A stretch of DNA of 64,000 nt from Oceanispirochaeta sp. (GTDB taxonomy: Bacteria > Spirochaetota > Spirochaetia > DSM-2461): assembly GCA_963666275.2 (NCBI GenBank), contig CAXXOA010000001.1, positions 1,856,001 through 1,920,000 of the forward strand, written 5' to 3'. A program made the translations under genes and the position numbers. Position 1 is the first letter of the stretch. Each line of letters opens with the position of its first letter. Under the pieces are notes generated by a model. It saw nothing but the letters and a program-made list of their open reading frames with translations. It was not told the DNA's origin and ran no database searches. This document shows positions 28,166 through 37,977 of the stretch, one piece after another.

Positions 28166-29068
28166 ATGAAAAAAAGCGCTTTACTCTTTATAACGACCCT
28201 GATTTTTTTCTCAGCCTGTTCTTCCATGCCGAAAGATGAAAAGGCTCAGCTTGTCACCACGGGACGAACCCAGAGCGCTCTCCAGCTGGAGAGAGGAAAC
28301 AATGAATACCGCTGGAACAACTATGAATCAGCTCTGAATCTCTACAATAAAGCTCTGGCTTCTGCTTCCGCCGTAGACTGGCAGGAAGGGATCATCCGGA
28401 GTTTTGTGCAGATAAGCAGGACTCTGGATCAGTTGAACCGGCCTGATGAGGCATTTACCTATGTGGAACTGGCTTCACAGCTTCTGGAGGGACTGGATTC
28501 TCCGGTCCTTCAGGTTCTTGTCATTAACAGACGCAGTGAATGGAGTCTATTCCAGGAAAACATGGAAGAGGCTCTGTCTATTATTGAGACAGCCATAGAA
28601 GAGGGAGAAAAGATTTCCACCGAAGAAGCAGGGGAATCATGGAGAATCAAAGCGGCTATTCTGAAAAGAATGGATCAGTTTTATTTGGCTCTGGAAGCGG
28701 TGGAGGAAGCAGAACAGATAGACAGCAAAGGTCCCTATCTGGCGGAACTGGCCAGTGATTACTATATCAAAGGTTCTCTTCATTCTGTGATGGGAAACTA
28801 TCCTGAAGCTGTTAAAAATATGGAAAAAGCTCTCGAAAAAGATAAATTCATAGAAAATTCCGCCGGAATTGCTTTAGACCTTTTCGGTTTATCCCGTATT
28901 TATGAAAAATCCGGTGATATTGAGATGTCACAGTTGTATCTTAAAAGGCTTTATCTTGTAAATCTCTATGCAAACCCGGGGACTGTCCCTGAAAAGCTTC
29001 TTCAAAATGAAAATTCTCAGCCTGAACTGACAGAATGGACATCCCTTTTCGAAACAGGGCAAAACTAA
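28166..29068 (+). CDS. TPR-repeat lipoprotein
   Basis: Lipobox FSAC, tandem TPR-like helices; 2 bp after the MCE gene. Confidence 0.85.
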   Translation: MKKSALLFITTLIFFSACSSMPKDEKAQLVTTGRTQSALQLERGNNEYRWNNYESALNLYNKALASASAVDWQEGIIRSFVQISRTLDQLNRPDEAFTYVELASQLLEGLDSPVLQVLVINRRSEWSLFQENMEEALSIIETAIEEGEKISTEEAGESWRIKAAILKRMDQFYLALEAVEEAEQIDSKGPYLAELASDYYIKGSLHSVMGNYPEAVKNMEKALEKDKFIENSAGIALDLFGLSRIYEKSGDIEMSQLYLKRLYLVNLYANPGTVPEKLLQNENSQPELTEWTSLFETGQN

Positions 29069-29150
29069 ACACAACTGAATTTCTCTTGTAAGAATGAAAT
29101 AACTTCGATAAAATACCAGCAACACAAATACTATCAAAAAGGATTAGGAT

Positions 29151-31310
29151 ATGCTTGGATTTATCGTAATCGTTGTACTGGGAGCACTGGCATTTGCCGC
29201 TCTCAACTACAGCGCTGTGAAGAAAAAGGATGCCGGTACAGATCAGATGAAGGTCATTGCCGGAGCTATCCAGGAAGGCGCAGACGCTTTCCTTCGTCAT
29301 GAGTACAAACTGATACTGAAAATTGTCATTATCATTGCCGTACTCCTGTTGGTTGTTGTTTCATGGTATGCGGCGGTAGCCTTTATCATCGGAACAATCA
29401 TGAGCGCCAGTGCGGGATGGATCGGAATGAAGATTGCCACCATTGCCAATGTACGGGTATCAAACACTGCCAGAGAAACAAAAAGCATCGGAGCAACCCT
29501 CAAGGTGGCTTTTCAGGGCGGAAGTGTTATGGGTCTTTCTGTGGGCGGCTTCTCACTGCTGGGCCTGGCAATTATCTATTTTGTATTCGGAAAAGCACTG
29601 GGGCAGATTCATACGGATCATCTTGTGATCAAAGTCAACTGGCTCGGAATCAGCGACATTCCCTTTACCATGACCGTTTCCGGTTATGCCCTGGGATGTT
29701 CCATTATCGCCATGTTTAACAGGGTCGGCGGCGGTATCTATACCAAAGCGGCAGACATGGGTGCAGACCTTGTAGGAAAGACCGAAGCAGGAATTCCTGA
29801 AGACGACCCCCGTAACCCCGCCACAATTGCCGACAATGTAGGAGACAATGTGGGAGATGTGGCGGGACTCGGATCGGATCTCCTTGAGAGTTTTGTAGGA
29901 GCTATTATTTCCGCCATTGTTCTTGCTGCCTATATTTTCTTTTCTTCCAGCCACTCGGGAAACCCTGTTTCTGAAAAGCTTGTAGAGAAACTGATCACCT
30001 TTCCCATACTGTTTGCCGCGGCCGGTCTTGTATCATCCATGCTGGGTGTATTCATCCTGCTGAAGAGTAAAGTTTCCGACAAACCCCATAAAGAGCTCAA
30101 TAAGGCTACGTTCATAGCAGCCGGTTTTACCATTGTTATCAACGGGGTTCTCACATATTTTTATTTCAACGGAATCGAAGTCGTCTCCGCAGGATTCAAA
30201 ATGGGGATCCTTTCTCCCTGGATCTGCGCCGTACTGGGTGTTGTCTCAGGAATTCTGATCGGACAGCTGGCGGAAAGATATACAAGTTACGATTATAAAC
30301 CTACCAAAGGAATCTCTGCGGCCTCTCAGGAGGGTGCGGCACTGACCATCACACAGGGAATGGCTGTGGGGATGAAGTCTGTGATTGCTCCGGTTATAGC
30401 CCTGGGTGTGGCTATCATTGCTGCTCATTCGGTGGCCGGGCTTTATGGTGTTGCCATGGCCGCCATCGGGATGCTCTCTTTTGTTACCATGACTGTATCT
30501 GTAGACACCTACGGTCCCATTGCCGACAATGCCGGCGGGATCAGTGAGATGGCTCATCTGGATCCTGAAGTCCGGGAAATCACTGATGAGCTTGATGCGG
30601 TTGGTAATACTACGGCCGCTATCGGAAAAGGTTTTGCCATAGGAAGTGCAGCCCTGGCGGCTCTTTCCCTTTTTGCATCCTATCTGTATGCCCAGGCGGG
30701 TGAAGCCGCAGCCGATGGAATCAATCTGGTTCTGAACATGATCAATACCATGACTCTGGCAGGTGCTCTTGTCGGGGCGGCCTTGCCCTATCTGTTTTCC
30801 GGAATCCTTATCGAAGCTGTGGCCAATGCGGCCCGGAGCATGGTTCAGGAAGTAAGACGACAGTTTCATGAGATGCCCGGAATTCTGACTGGGGAGGAAA
30901 CACCCGATTACAGGCAGTGTATTTCCATCTCCTCTGCCGGAGCGCTGAGAGAGATGAAACTGCCGGCTCTTGTATCGGTTGTGACCCCCCTTGCCAGCGG
31001 TTTTATTTTCGGCCCCGAATTTGTCGGCGGTCTGCTGATCGGAACAACCCTCAGTGCTATTATGCTGGCACTCTATACGGCCAATGCCGGCGGTGCCTGG
31101 GATAATGCAAAAAAATATATTGAGAATGGCCACTTCGGCGGAAAAGGTTCGGATGCCCATAGTGCGGCTGTTGTCGGCGACACCGTGGGAGATCCTCTGA
31201 AAGATACAGTGGGCCCCTCACTGGATATTCTCATTAAAATAATGTCCGTTATCTCTCTTATTTCGGTTTCCATTTTTGGAAAGTTCAACCTATTTTCTTT
31301 GCTCCAGTAA
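29151..31310 (+). CDS. hppA: Membrane-bound pyrophosphatase, K+-dependent, probably Na+-translocating
   Basis: GGIYTKAADMGADLVGK, EDDPRN, DNVGDNVGD motifs; GNTTAA (Ala marks the K+-dependent type); DLLESFVGA resembles the Na+-PPase gate region. Confidence 0.95.
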   Translation: MLGFIVIVVLGALAFAALNYSAVKKKDAGTDQMKVIAGAIQEGADAFLRHEYKLILKIVIIIAVLLLVVVSWYAAVAFIIGTIMSASAGWIGMKIATIANVRVSNTARETKSIGATLKVAFQGGSVMGLSVGGFSLLGLAIIYFVFGKALGQIHTDHLVIKVNWLGISDIPFTMTVSGYALGCSIIAMFNRVGGGIYTKAADMGADLVGKTEAGIPEDDPRNPATIADNVGDNVGDVAGLGSDLLESFVGAIISAIVLAAYIFFSSSHSGNPVSEKLVEKLITFPILFAAAGLVSSMLGVFILLKSKVSDKPHKELNKATFIAAGFTIVINGVLTYFYFNGIEVVSAGFKMGILSPWICAVLGVVSGILIGQLAERYTSYDYKPTKGISAASQEGAALTITQGMAVGMKSVIAPVIALGVAIIAAHSVAGLYGVAMAAIGMLSFVTMTVSVDTYGPIADNAGGISEMAHLDPEVREITDELDAVGNTTAAIGKGFAIGSAALAALSLFASYLYAQAGEAAADGINLVLNMINTMTLAGALVGAALPYLFSGILIEAVANAARSMVQEVRRQFHEMPGILTGEETPDYRQCISISSAGALREMKLPALVSVVTPLASGFIFGPEFVGGLLIGTTLSAIMLALYTANAGGAWDNAKKYIENGHFGGKGSDAHSAAVVGDTVGDPLKDTVGPSLDILIKIMSVISLISVSIFGKFNLFSLLQ

Positions 31311-31346
31311 GCAGGGAAAGACTATAATTGAAATAGGAGTTCTATT

Positions 31347-32117
31347 ATGACAGTACATTATTATATGACAGTTTTTCCTATGGAAGCATTGATAGCCTCT
31401 CAGCTTGAGCCGGAACAGTTCGGTTCCTATATGGCTCTGGGCAGCAAAAAAGCGGCTGCTGAGCAATTGATGTTCATTGAAGTGGCCGGCGGTTTCGGAT
31501 CCTTTTTTGACTGGGATTTCGCAGACAGAAAATGTGTTCCCCATTCTGACGGCAGGTTAAAGAATTCATTGTACCTCAGTACATACCGGGTCCTTGAGAA
31601 TGTCCCCCTGAGTGCCATGGGTTCACTGTATCTTGTAACAAAAGACGGAAGATCCCTCAAACTGGATAAATCAGAATATAAAGCTCCGGAAAACTGGATT
31701 GGTTATGCACTTTACAGGGAGTATGCCCCCATGTCGCCTCTTGCAGTCAGTACCCTTGATCCCAAGAATTACGGGGAATATATGACTGAGACAGGCAATA
31801 AGGTCCATGTCCCTGCTATTTTCTTTGCCGATCTTAAAATCGGTAATATTGATGATATTGAAAACAGCGGAAATGTGGGCCAAATTTATGATAAAAATCT
31901 GGCCCATCTGAAAGACTGCATCACATCTCTTCAGTCCGGGAAGGGAAAGATGACAAAGATTGTAGACAGGTCCAATTTCAATTCTTCTTTCTACCAGATC
32001 ATTGATAACGGTTTTTACGTTTCAGGATCCGAAGGGATTGGCTATTATGCCATGCCCACGAGAGATGAACTGAAGAAACTGGATTATGACTGGGGAAAAT
32101 CAGCTCTTATATTCTGA
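31347..32117 (+). CDS. Hypothetical protein
   Basis: 256-aa soluble ORF with SD AGGAG, upstream TATAAT and downstream terminator. Confidence 0.8.
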   Translation: MTVHYYMTVFPMEALIASQLEPEQFGSYMALGSKKAAAEQLMFIEVAGGFGSFFDWDFADRKCVPHSDGRLKNSLYLSTYRVLENVPLSAMGSLYLVTKDGRSLKLDKSEYKAPENWIGYALYREYAPMSPLAVSTLDPKNYGEYMTETGNKVHVPAIFFADLKIGNIDDIENSGNVGQIYDKNLAHLKDCITSLQSGKGKMTKIVDRSNFNSSFYQIIDNGFYVSGSEGIGYYAMPTRDELKKLDYDWGKSALIF

Positions 32118-32142
32118 TTTTGTCCTAAAATTCACTGATTCT

Positions 32143-32178
32143 ACCCCTGACCGGTTCACGGTCGGGGGTTTATGTTTT
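32143..32178 (+). terminator. Intrinsic terminator
   Basis: ACCCCTGACCG-5-CGGTCGGGGGT hairpin followed by a T-rich tail. Confidence 0.75.
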
Positions 32179-32211
32179 ATAAATGAAAAAAGGTCTGAAA
32201 CAGGGGGAATA

Positions 32212-33303
32212 ATGGAAATTGAAAAAGAGCTTACCTATATCCGGAATATCCTGATTCTCATAATAGTCATTGCCGGTCTTTTCATAATGAAGACTCTCTC
32301 GGGAATTCTGCTGCCCCTCATGCTTGCCATGCTCGTTTCTATTATCTATCTACCCCTGGTCATGTACCTGGAGGAAAAAAGAATACCCGGGAAGCTTATT
32401 GTCCCTTTCATTGCCGTAGTCACCCTGGGTATCATCTATACGGTTGCCAATATTTTTATTTCAACCATAACAGATATTATCAGCCAGATGGATTTCCTGA
32501 TCCAGCAGCTTACAAACAAGTTCCTTATGATAGGGGAGGCTGTTTCAAGGATTCCCTATCTGGGATGGGATTCTGAATACCTGAAAGATGGGATCACCTC
32601 TCTTCTGAACCGGCAGAATATTACCTCTTCCGCGTCTTCTCTTCTGAAGGGTCTCGGAAACTTCGGTTCCTCCTTTCTTATGTTCACCCTCTATTTCCTT
32701 TTTCTGCTTCCTGGATTATCCCGGTATCAGAGTTATGTCAGATTCGTAGGGGGAGACAACCTTTCACTTCAGGATGACATAGAAAAACTGCAGAAGAGTA
32801 TTTCCACATACATGGGAATCAAGGTCATAATCAGTCTTATTACCGGTTCTATTGCCGGGCTGATCTGCAGTATCACAGGGCTGAAGTTTGCCTTTTTCTG
32901 GGGATTTCTCACATTCGTTCTGAACTTTATCCCGTCAATAGGATCTCTGATTGCCACACTGGTTCCATCCCTGTTCGGACTGATCATGTTCGATACTCTG
33001 CACCAGTTTCTTCTGCTGTTTATACTTCTGGCTGTGAATCAGACCATAATAGGCAATTTTATTGACCCGAGAATTATGGGTAACCGTCTGCGTCTGAATA
33101 CGGTAACAGTACTCTTCGGACTGGTTTTCTGGGGTGTCATATGGGGTATCCCGGGAATGCTTATGTCTGTGCCTCTTATGGTAACGATCAAGCTTTTTCT
33201 TGAAAAATCTTCGACATGGAGCATATTCGCAAGGGTAATGGGCTACCCGGAGAATCCTGACAGGAATACAAAGAAAAATTGGTTTAAACTCCGAAAGCAA
33301 TGA
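32212..33303 (+). CDS. AI-2E family transporter
   Basis: LNFIPSIGS, IGNFIDPRIMG, FWGVIWGIPGMLMSVP motifs; start moved to ATG 32212, after the terminator and the GGGGGA SD. Confidence 0.92.
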   Translation: MEIEKELTYIRNILILIIVIAGLFIMKTLSGILLPLMLAMLVSIIYLPLVMYLEEKRIPGKLIVPFIAVVTLGIIYTVANIFISTITDIISQMDFLIQQLTNKFLMIGEAVSRIPYLGWDSEYLKDGITSLLNRQNITSSASSLLKGLGNFGSSFLMFTLYFLFLLPGLSRYQSYVRFVGGDNLSLQDDIEKLQKSISTYMGIKVIISLITGSIAGLICSITGLKFAFFWGFLTFVLNFIPSIGSLIATLVPSLFGLIMFDTLHQFLLLFILLAVNQTIIGNFIDPRIMGNRLRLNTVTVLFGLVFWGVIWGIPGMLMSVPLMVTIKLFLEKSSTWSIFARVMGYPENPDRNTKKNWFKLRKQ

Positions 33304-33365
33304 ATTGCCTTTATACGCAGAATTCTTTATAATTAGGCTCCAGAAAATGCATACGGGAGTATAAG

Positions 33366-34379
33366 ATGACTATCGATTCGCTCTTTGACAAGTTAAAGAA
33401 AATCAAATTCGGGGAAATGCCTGATAACAATCTGCGGGCATTGTGCGAACACTATTACCCAATCATCAAAGAGATTGAAGACCTGAAAAAGAAGACAGAC
33501 ACTGTAATACTGGCTCACTCCTATGTAAAATCCAATATTATCTACTCTGTTGCCGACTATGTGGGTGATTCCTATGAATTGAGTAAAAATGCCAGAGAGG
33601 CTGATCAGAAGAGGATCGTCTTTGCGGCAGTCAAATTCATGGGGGAAACAGCCAAGATTCTCAGCCCTGAGAAAGATGTTCTGATTCCCGGTACCGATCC
33701 GGCCTGTACTCTGGCAGACAGTATTACAGGCGAAGATGTTGCCAAACTCAAAAAAGAATACCCCGATTACGCATTTCTCTGCTATATAAACACCAATGCG
33801 GATGTCAAAGCCCAGTGCGATGCCTGTGTCACATCCTCCAATGTCTATGATATCGTAGAAAAATACCCCTCTGACAGGATCTTTTTTGTTCCCGATAAAC
33901 TGATGGGAAAAAATATCATTGAAGAAATGAAAAAACGGGGTGTAAAAAAAGATATCAAAATCTGGGATGGAACCTGTTATGTCCATGAAGAATACGATCC
34001 TGCCCTTATTGAAGCCCTCAGAATGAAGTACAGCGACCTGGAAGTTATGGTTCATCCCGAATGCAGTCCTGAAGTTCTCAGTCATGCGGATTTTGTCGGA
34101 AGCACATCTCAGCTTTACAAGCATATAGCTGAGAAAAAAGACGGACACTTTCTCATGCTCACAGAATGCGGACTCATTTCCAGAATTGAAGCGGAAATGC
34201 CTGAAAAAGGTTTTGTCGGTTCCTGTTCACTCTGTAAATATATGAAATCCAACACTCTTGAGGATATCCTGAGGGTTCTGAAAGATCCCAGAGAAGAGGA
34301 TTACATACAGATTGATAAAGAAACTAGAGAAAAAGCTCTTGTCAGTATCAACCGGATGTTTGAAATAGCCGAATCCTGA
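33366..34379 (+). CDS. nadA: Quinolinate synthase
   Basis: ILAHSY, VGDS, FMGETAKILSP, ACTLA, YINT, CYVHE, VHPEC, CKYMK motifs. Confidence 0.95.
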   Translation: MTIDSLFDKLKKIKFGEMPDNNLRALCEHYYPIIKEIEDLKKKTDTVILAHSYVKSNIIYSVADYVGDSYELSKNAREADQKRIVFAAVKFMGETAKILSPEKDVLIPGTDPACTLADSITGEDVAKLKKEYPDYAFLCYINTNADVKAQCDACVTSSNVYDIVEKYPSDRIFFVPDKLMGKNIIEEMKKRGVKKDIKIWDGTCYVHEEYDPALIEALRMKYSDLEVMVHPECSPEVLSHADFVGSTSQLYKHIAEKKDGHFLMLTECGLISRIEAEMPEKGFVGSCSLCKYMKSNTLEDILRVLKDPREEDYIQIDKETREKALVSINRMFEIAES

Positions 34380-35253
34380 TCTTTCCGTTAATCATCAGAA
34401 CAGAAAAGACAGCTAAAGCGCCCCCCAGTGCGGTATGCCACTGGGGCTGTTCTCCCAGAAAAAACCAACTCAGAAGAAGAGCCAGAACAGGAACTACAAA
34501 TGTGTATGTACTGGCTCTGGCAGCTCCGATCTGTTTTGCCGCATAGAAATACATTCCCGCTCCCACGGCTCCTGCAGCAAAAGCCAGATACAGTATATTA
34601 AACCAGAATGAGATATCTCCAGAACGGCTGAATTCCAGCCAGTTTGATGGAAGAATACAGAAAGCGAAAAGACTGGCAATAAGATAGATCAGGCCGTTAA
34701 AGAGAAAAGGGTGAGCCTTTTTCTGGGCTCTCTGGCTGAAAAGAGTCAGGGAAGCCCAGCAGAGTGCTGCCAGCAGAAATACAATGTTACTGCCGTCCAG
34801 AAGAACCCCTCTCTGCCAGGTCCATGGTTCCATGAGAATCAACCCGCCGGTGCCACCGATCAGAAGAGCGAAAATCTGAGTTTTTGTGATTCTTTGCTTG
34901 TAGATAAGCGATGAGAGAAGAAAAGCAAAAATGGGATTTGTAGTCGTCACGATAACCCCGCCTTTTCCTGCCAGACTAGCACTGAGACCTTTTAAAAAAA
35001 GATAGTTGTAAATAAACAGCAGCACTGAGGCTGCCAGAATAGAAAGGATCGTGGCTCTATCAAAATCTTTTATGGAAGGAATCCATTTTATCATTAAAGG
35101 GAGAAACGCAATAAAACTGAAAATAAATCGCCAGAAGATAATGATAAAAGGATCAGCCTGTACAGAAAGAAGCCTTCCCGAAACCCAGCTTCCTGCCCAG
35201 AGCAGCATGGCAATGAGGATCATAACAAAGAAAAGGCTTTCTTTCTTATTCAT
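34348..35253 (-). CDS. EamA/DMT family transporter
   Basis: About 10 TMs, two EamA repeats, FFLGEQ motif. Confidence 0.92.
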   Translation of the reverse strand: MNKKESLFFVMILIAMLLWAGSWVSGRLLSVQADPFIIIFWRFIFSFIAFLPLMIKWIPSIKDFDRATILSILAASVLLFIYNYLFLKGLSASLAGKGGVIVTTTNPIFAFLLSSLIYKQRITKTQIFALLIGGTGGLILMEPWTWQRGVLLDGSNIVFLLAALCWASLTLFSQRAQKKAHPFLFNGLIYLIASLFAFCILPSNWLEFSRSGDISFWFNILYLAFAAGAVGAGMYFYAAKQIGAARASTYTFVVPVLALLLSWFFLGEQPQWHTALGGALAVFSVLMINGKIRIRLFQTSG

Positions 35254-35674
35254 GAGACAGTTTATCTTTCAGTCTGTTTAAAAGAGAGGAACTGTAATGC
35301 TCCCGCTTGTAGGGAGACAGACGTTTTATATGGACCTTCATGGAATTGGCATCAAGCCAGTTTTTAAGATTTTCCTCCAAAGCGGTCTGATCATGGCCCA
35401 GACAGATAAGATCGGGCTTTAGATCCTTGATAACAGAGTATGTTCCGATTTCCTTATCAGCCAGATAGGCGTTGTTCACCAGCGGATGATTCTGTATCAT
35501 CTGGAGTCTCTTATTCTCATTATGAATGGGTGTTTTATTTTTAAAGCTTTCCACGAAGGAATCCCTTGCAACGATCACAGTGAGGATTTTCCCGTGAGAA
35601 GCGGCTTTTTCAAGAAAATATTCATGCCCTGGATGTATGTTGTCAAATGTACCGAATACTACTACGTTTTTCAT
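35246..35674 (-). CDS. Cytidylyltransferase-family nucleotidyltransferase, RibL (archaeal FAD synthetase)-like
   Basis: GTFDNIHPGH (HxGH), LTVIVARD, DLICLGHDQ, YSSS motifs. Confidence 0.75.
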   Translation of the reverse strand: MKNVVVFGTFDNIHPGHEYFLEKAASHGKILTVIVARDSFVESFKNKTPIHNENKRLQMIQNHPLVNNAYLADKEIGTYSVIKDLKPDLICLGHDQTALEENLKNWLDANSMKVHIKRLSPYKREHYSSSLLNRLKDKLSHE

Positions 35675-36067
35675 TAAATTATATCCTATAGAATTGTGAA
35701 ATCTTAACAGAAAAAACCTATTTGAAAAAGGCCGATTCTGAAGGCACTTCGGGATTTTTAACAGGATTCAGAATTGTTTTAAAAAATAATCGTGAATTTT
35801 TTGTAGAGAAATAGAGGATTTCCCTAATCATTCTTCCTTTCAAATGAGCTATTTTGACCGCTTGTTCACAAATATATATAAAAATTTGGGGTTTATTGTT
35901 GAAAAATTGCTTTAATTATGACTGATCTGCCCTGTATTTGTATGGTTTGTGAAGATGAAGTGAAGGAATCGAGAAGGAGTCTCAATGTTCACTATTTGCC
36001 AAAAGATGGTATGTAAGCTAATATTAAAAACATATTAAACAGCAAGTTCCATTTGGGAGGTTTTTAT

Positions 36068-36619
36068 ATGCAGGTTTTAAAAGAGTCAGTAAGACAGAGG
36101 ATAGTAACATCCGCCAGAAAAGAGTTCAGAAAAAAAAGTTTTGAAAAGGCTTCCATGAGAGCCATTGCTTCTTCAGCAGGAATGACTGTTGGGAATTTAT
36201 ATCGGTATTACAAAAACAAGGAAGATCTGTTCGGATCCATTATCGAACCACTGTACAAATCCCTTCAGGGGCTGAAAAAAGATCTTCAGACAGTAGAGGG
36301 AGATAAGATTTCCTGGCTTCTCACTCAGCTGAAAGAGCTGCAGAAAGAATACAGAATCGAATGGCTGATCCTCTCTGCAGGTTCACAGGGTTCAAAATAC
36401 GAGAAAGCCCTGGACAATGTCTATGCACTTCTGCAGACAACAATCAAAGAGGTTCTTACAGAGAATCACAAAGAATCCAAACTAGCTGCGCCTGTAGCAT
36501 CAGCGATTCTTCATGGTCTGAGAACGATCCTTCAGACAGAGAAAAAGAATTCTCCCGAAGTAGTTGATGAGTTCCTCCAGTTCATGATGTCGGATATGAT
36601 CAAAAGAGTCGCTTCCTGA
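36068..36619 (+). CDS. TetR/AcrR family regulator
   Basis: HTH ASMRAIASSAGMTVGNLYRYYKNKEDLF; ATG 36068 after GGAGG; promoter TTGCCA-17-TAATAT at 35996-36024. Confidence 0.93.
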   Translation: MQVLKESVRQRIVTSARKEFRKKSFEKASMRAIASSAGMTVGNLYRYYKNKEDLFGSIIEPLYKSLQGLKKDLQTVEGDKISWLLTQLKELQKEYRIEWLILSAGSQGSKYEKALDNVYALLQTTIKEVLTENHKESKLAAPVASAILHGLRTILQTEKKNSPEVVDEFLQFMMSDMIKRVAS

Positions 36620-36647
36620 TTTCCTTGTCAATTACTTACTGTTTCTG

Positions 36648-36683
36648 TAACAGGCTGACTTTCGGGTCAGCCTGTTATTTTTT
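36648..36683 (+). terminator. Intrinsic terminator
   Basis: TAACAGGCTGACT-TTCG-GGTCAGCCTGTTA followed by a T-run. Confidence 0.85.
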
Positions 36684-37847
36684 ATAAGCCACGGCACAGT
36701 GAAGAAAGGCTCCCATCCAGAGTACATTTTCATCCATATTGAAACAGGAGTGATGCAGAGGATAGGACGTCTCTTTTCCATTACTGCATCCCAGCCAGTA
36801 GAAAACACCGGGTATTTTCGAGAGATAATAGCTGAAATCCTCTGCCGTCATCCTGGGAGAACCCAGCTCGCTGACACCGATCTCATTACCGCTGTGAGAC
36901 TGCAGATAGCCTATCAGTTCATCAGAAAGATCTTTTGAGTTTATTACCGGGGGATATCCGGGTATAATTTTAACAGAAAACTCACATCCGTAGCGTTCAC
37001 AGAACATACGGGTTGTTATTTCAATCTCCTTCTGAATCTGCTGTCTCACGCTGTCAGAATAGGTTCTGATAGTTCCCGACAACTGGACTTCCTCGGCAAT
37101 GGCATTGGGCATATATCCGCCTTTTATGCTCCCCAGAGTAATCACGGAAGGATCAACGGGATCAATAAGACGGCTGACTATAAACTGAAAGGAGTTTATA
37201 ATCTGGGCGGCAATGGCAATGGGATCCACGGCCTGATGAGGAAGCCCGGCATGACCGCCTTTACCCTTTAATCTGATGTAAAAATCATCATTGGAGGCCA
37301 TAGCCCGGCCGTTATTTATCCCGACCTGTCCCGTGGGCAGGGTGGGATCGAGATGTATGGCGTAGATCTCCTTCACACCTTCAAGGATCCCTGTGTTCAT
37401 AAGAGGTTTGGCTCCTCCGGGGCCTTCCTCTCCTGGCTGAAAAACAAGAAAAATATCCCGGTCCGGTCTATCCTGACTCAGCAGTTCTGCAGCCCCCAGG
37501 AGCATGGTCATGTGACCGTCATGTCCACAGGCATGCATCCGATCTTCATACCGGGATCTAAAGCTGAAGGAATTCTTTTCAGGAATACTGAGGGCATCCA
37601 TATCAGCCCTTAAAGCCAGTGGAGCTCTGTTGCCGGGATTGCTTCCGGGAATGAAACCGATAACCGCATGTTCCACCTCACAGGGCAGTATTTCCACTCC
37701 CGTATGTTCCAGAACCTTCCTGATAAACCCAGCGGTCCGGGGCAGCTCCATTCCTATTTCAGGCTGGGCGTGAAGCTCTCTGCGCCACTCTATGAGCCGG
37801 GGATTGAGGTTTTTTGCAAGATACCTGATCCGGGATAAATCTTTCAT
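36675..37847 (-). CDS. M20D family amidohydrolase
   Basis: RRELHAQPE, LRADMDAL, MHACGHDGH, FQPGEEG, AEDFSYY motifs. Start likely ATG 37847, because ATG 37856 overlaps the -10 box. Confidence 0.93.
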   Translation of the reverse strand: MKDLSRIRYLAKNLNPRLIEWRRELHAQPEIGMELPRTAGFIRKVLEHTGVEILPCEVEHAVIGFIPGSNPGNRAPLALRADMDALSIPEKNSFSFRSRYEDRMHACGHDGHMTMLLGAAELLSQDRPDRDIFLVFQPGEEGPGGAKPLMNTGILEGVKEIYAIHLDPTLPTGQVGINNGRAMASNDDFYIRLKGKGGHAGLPHQAVDPIAIAAQIINSFQFIVSRLIDPVDPSVITLGSIKGGYMPNAIAEEVQLSGTIRTYSDSVRQQIQKEIEITTRMFCERYGCEFSVKIIPGYPPVINSKDLSDELIGYLQSHSGNEIGVSELGSPRMTAEDFSYYLSKIPGVFYWLGCSNGKETSYPLHHSCFNMDENVLWMGAFLHCAVAYKK

Positions 37848-37977
37848 AATTTCCATTATAGATTTCCCGTCCTGAAGGCATCAATAGAGGAGGAAAAAAA
37901 ATCCTTTTATAGACACTGTTCGGATCAATATGATAATTTAGGATCTGGAAAAACTGCTTCCAAATGGAGAAAAGTAA

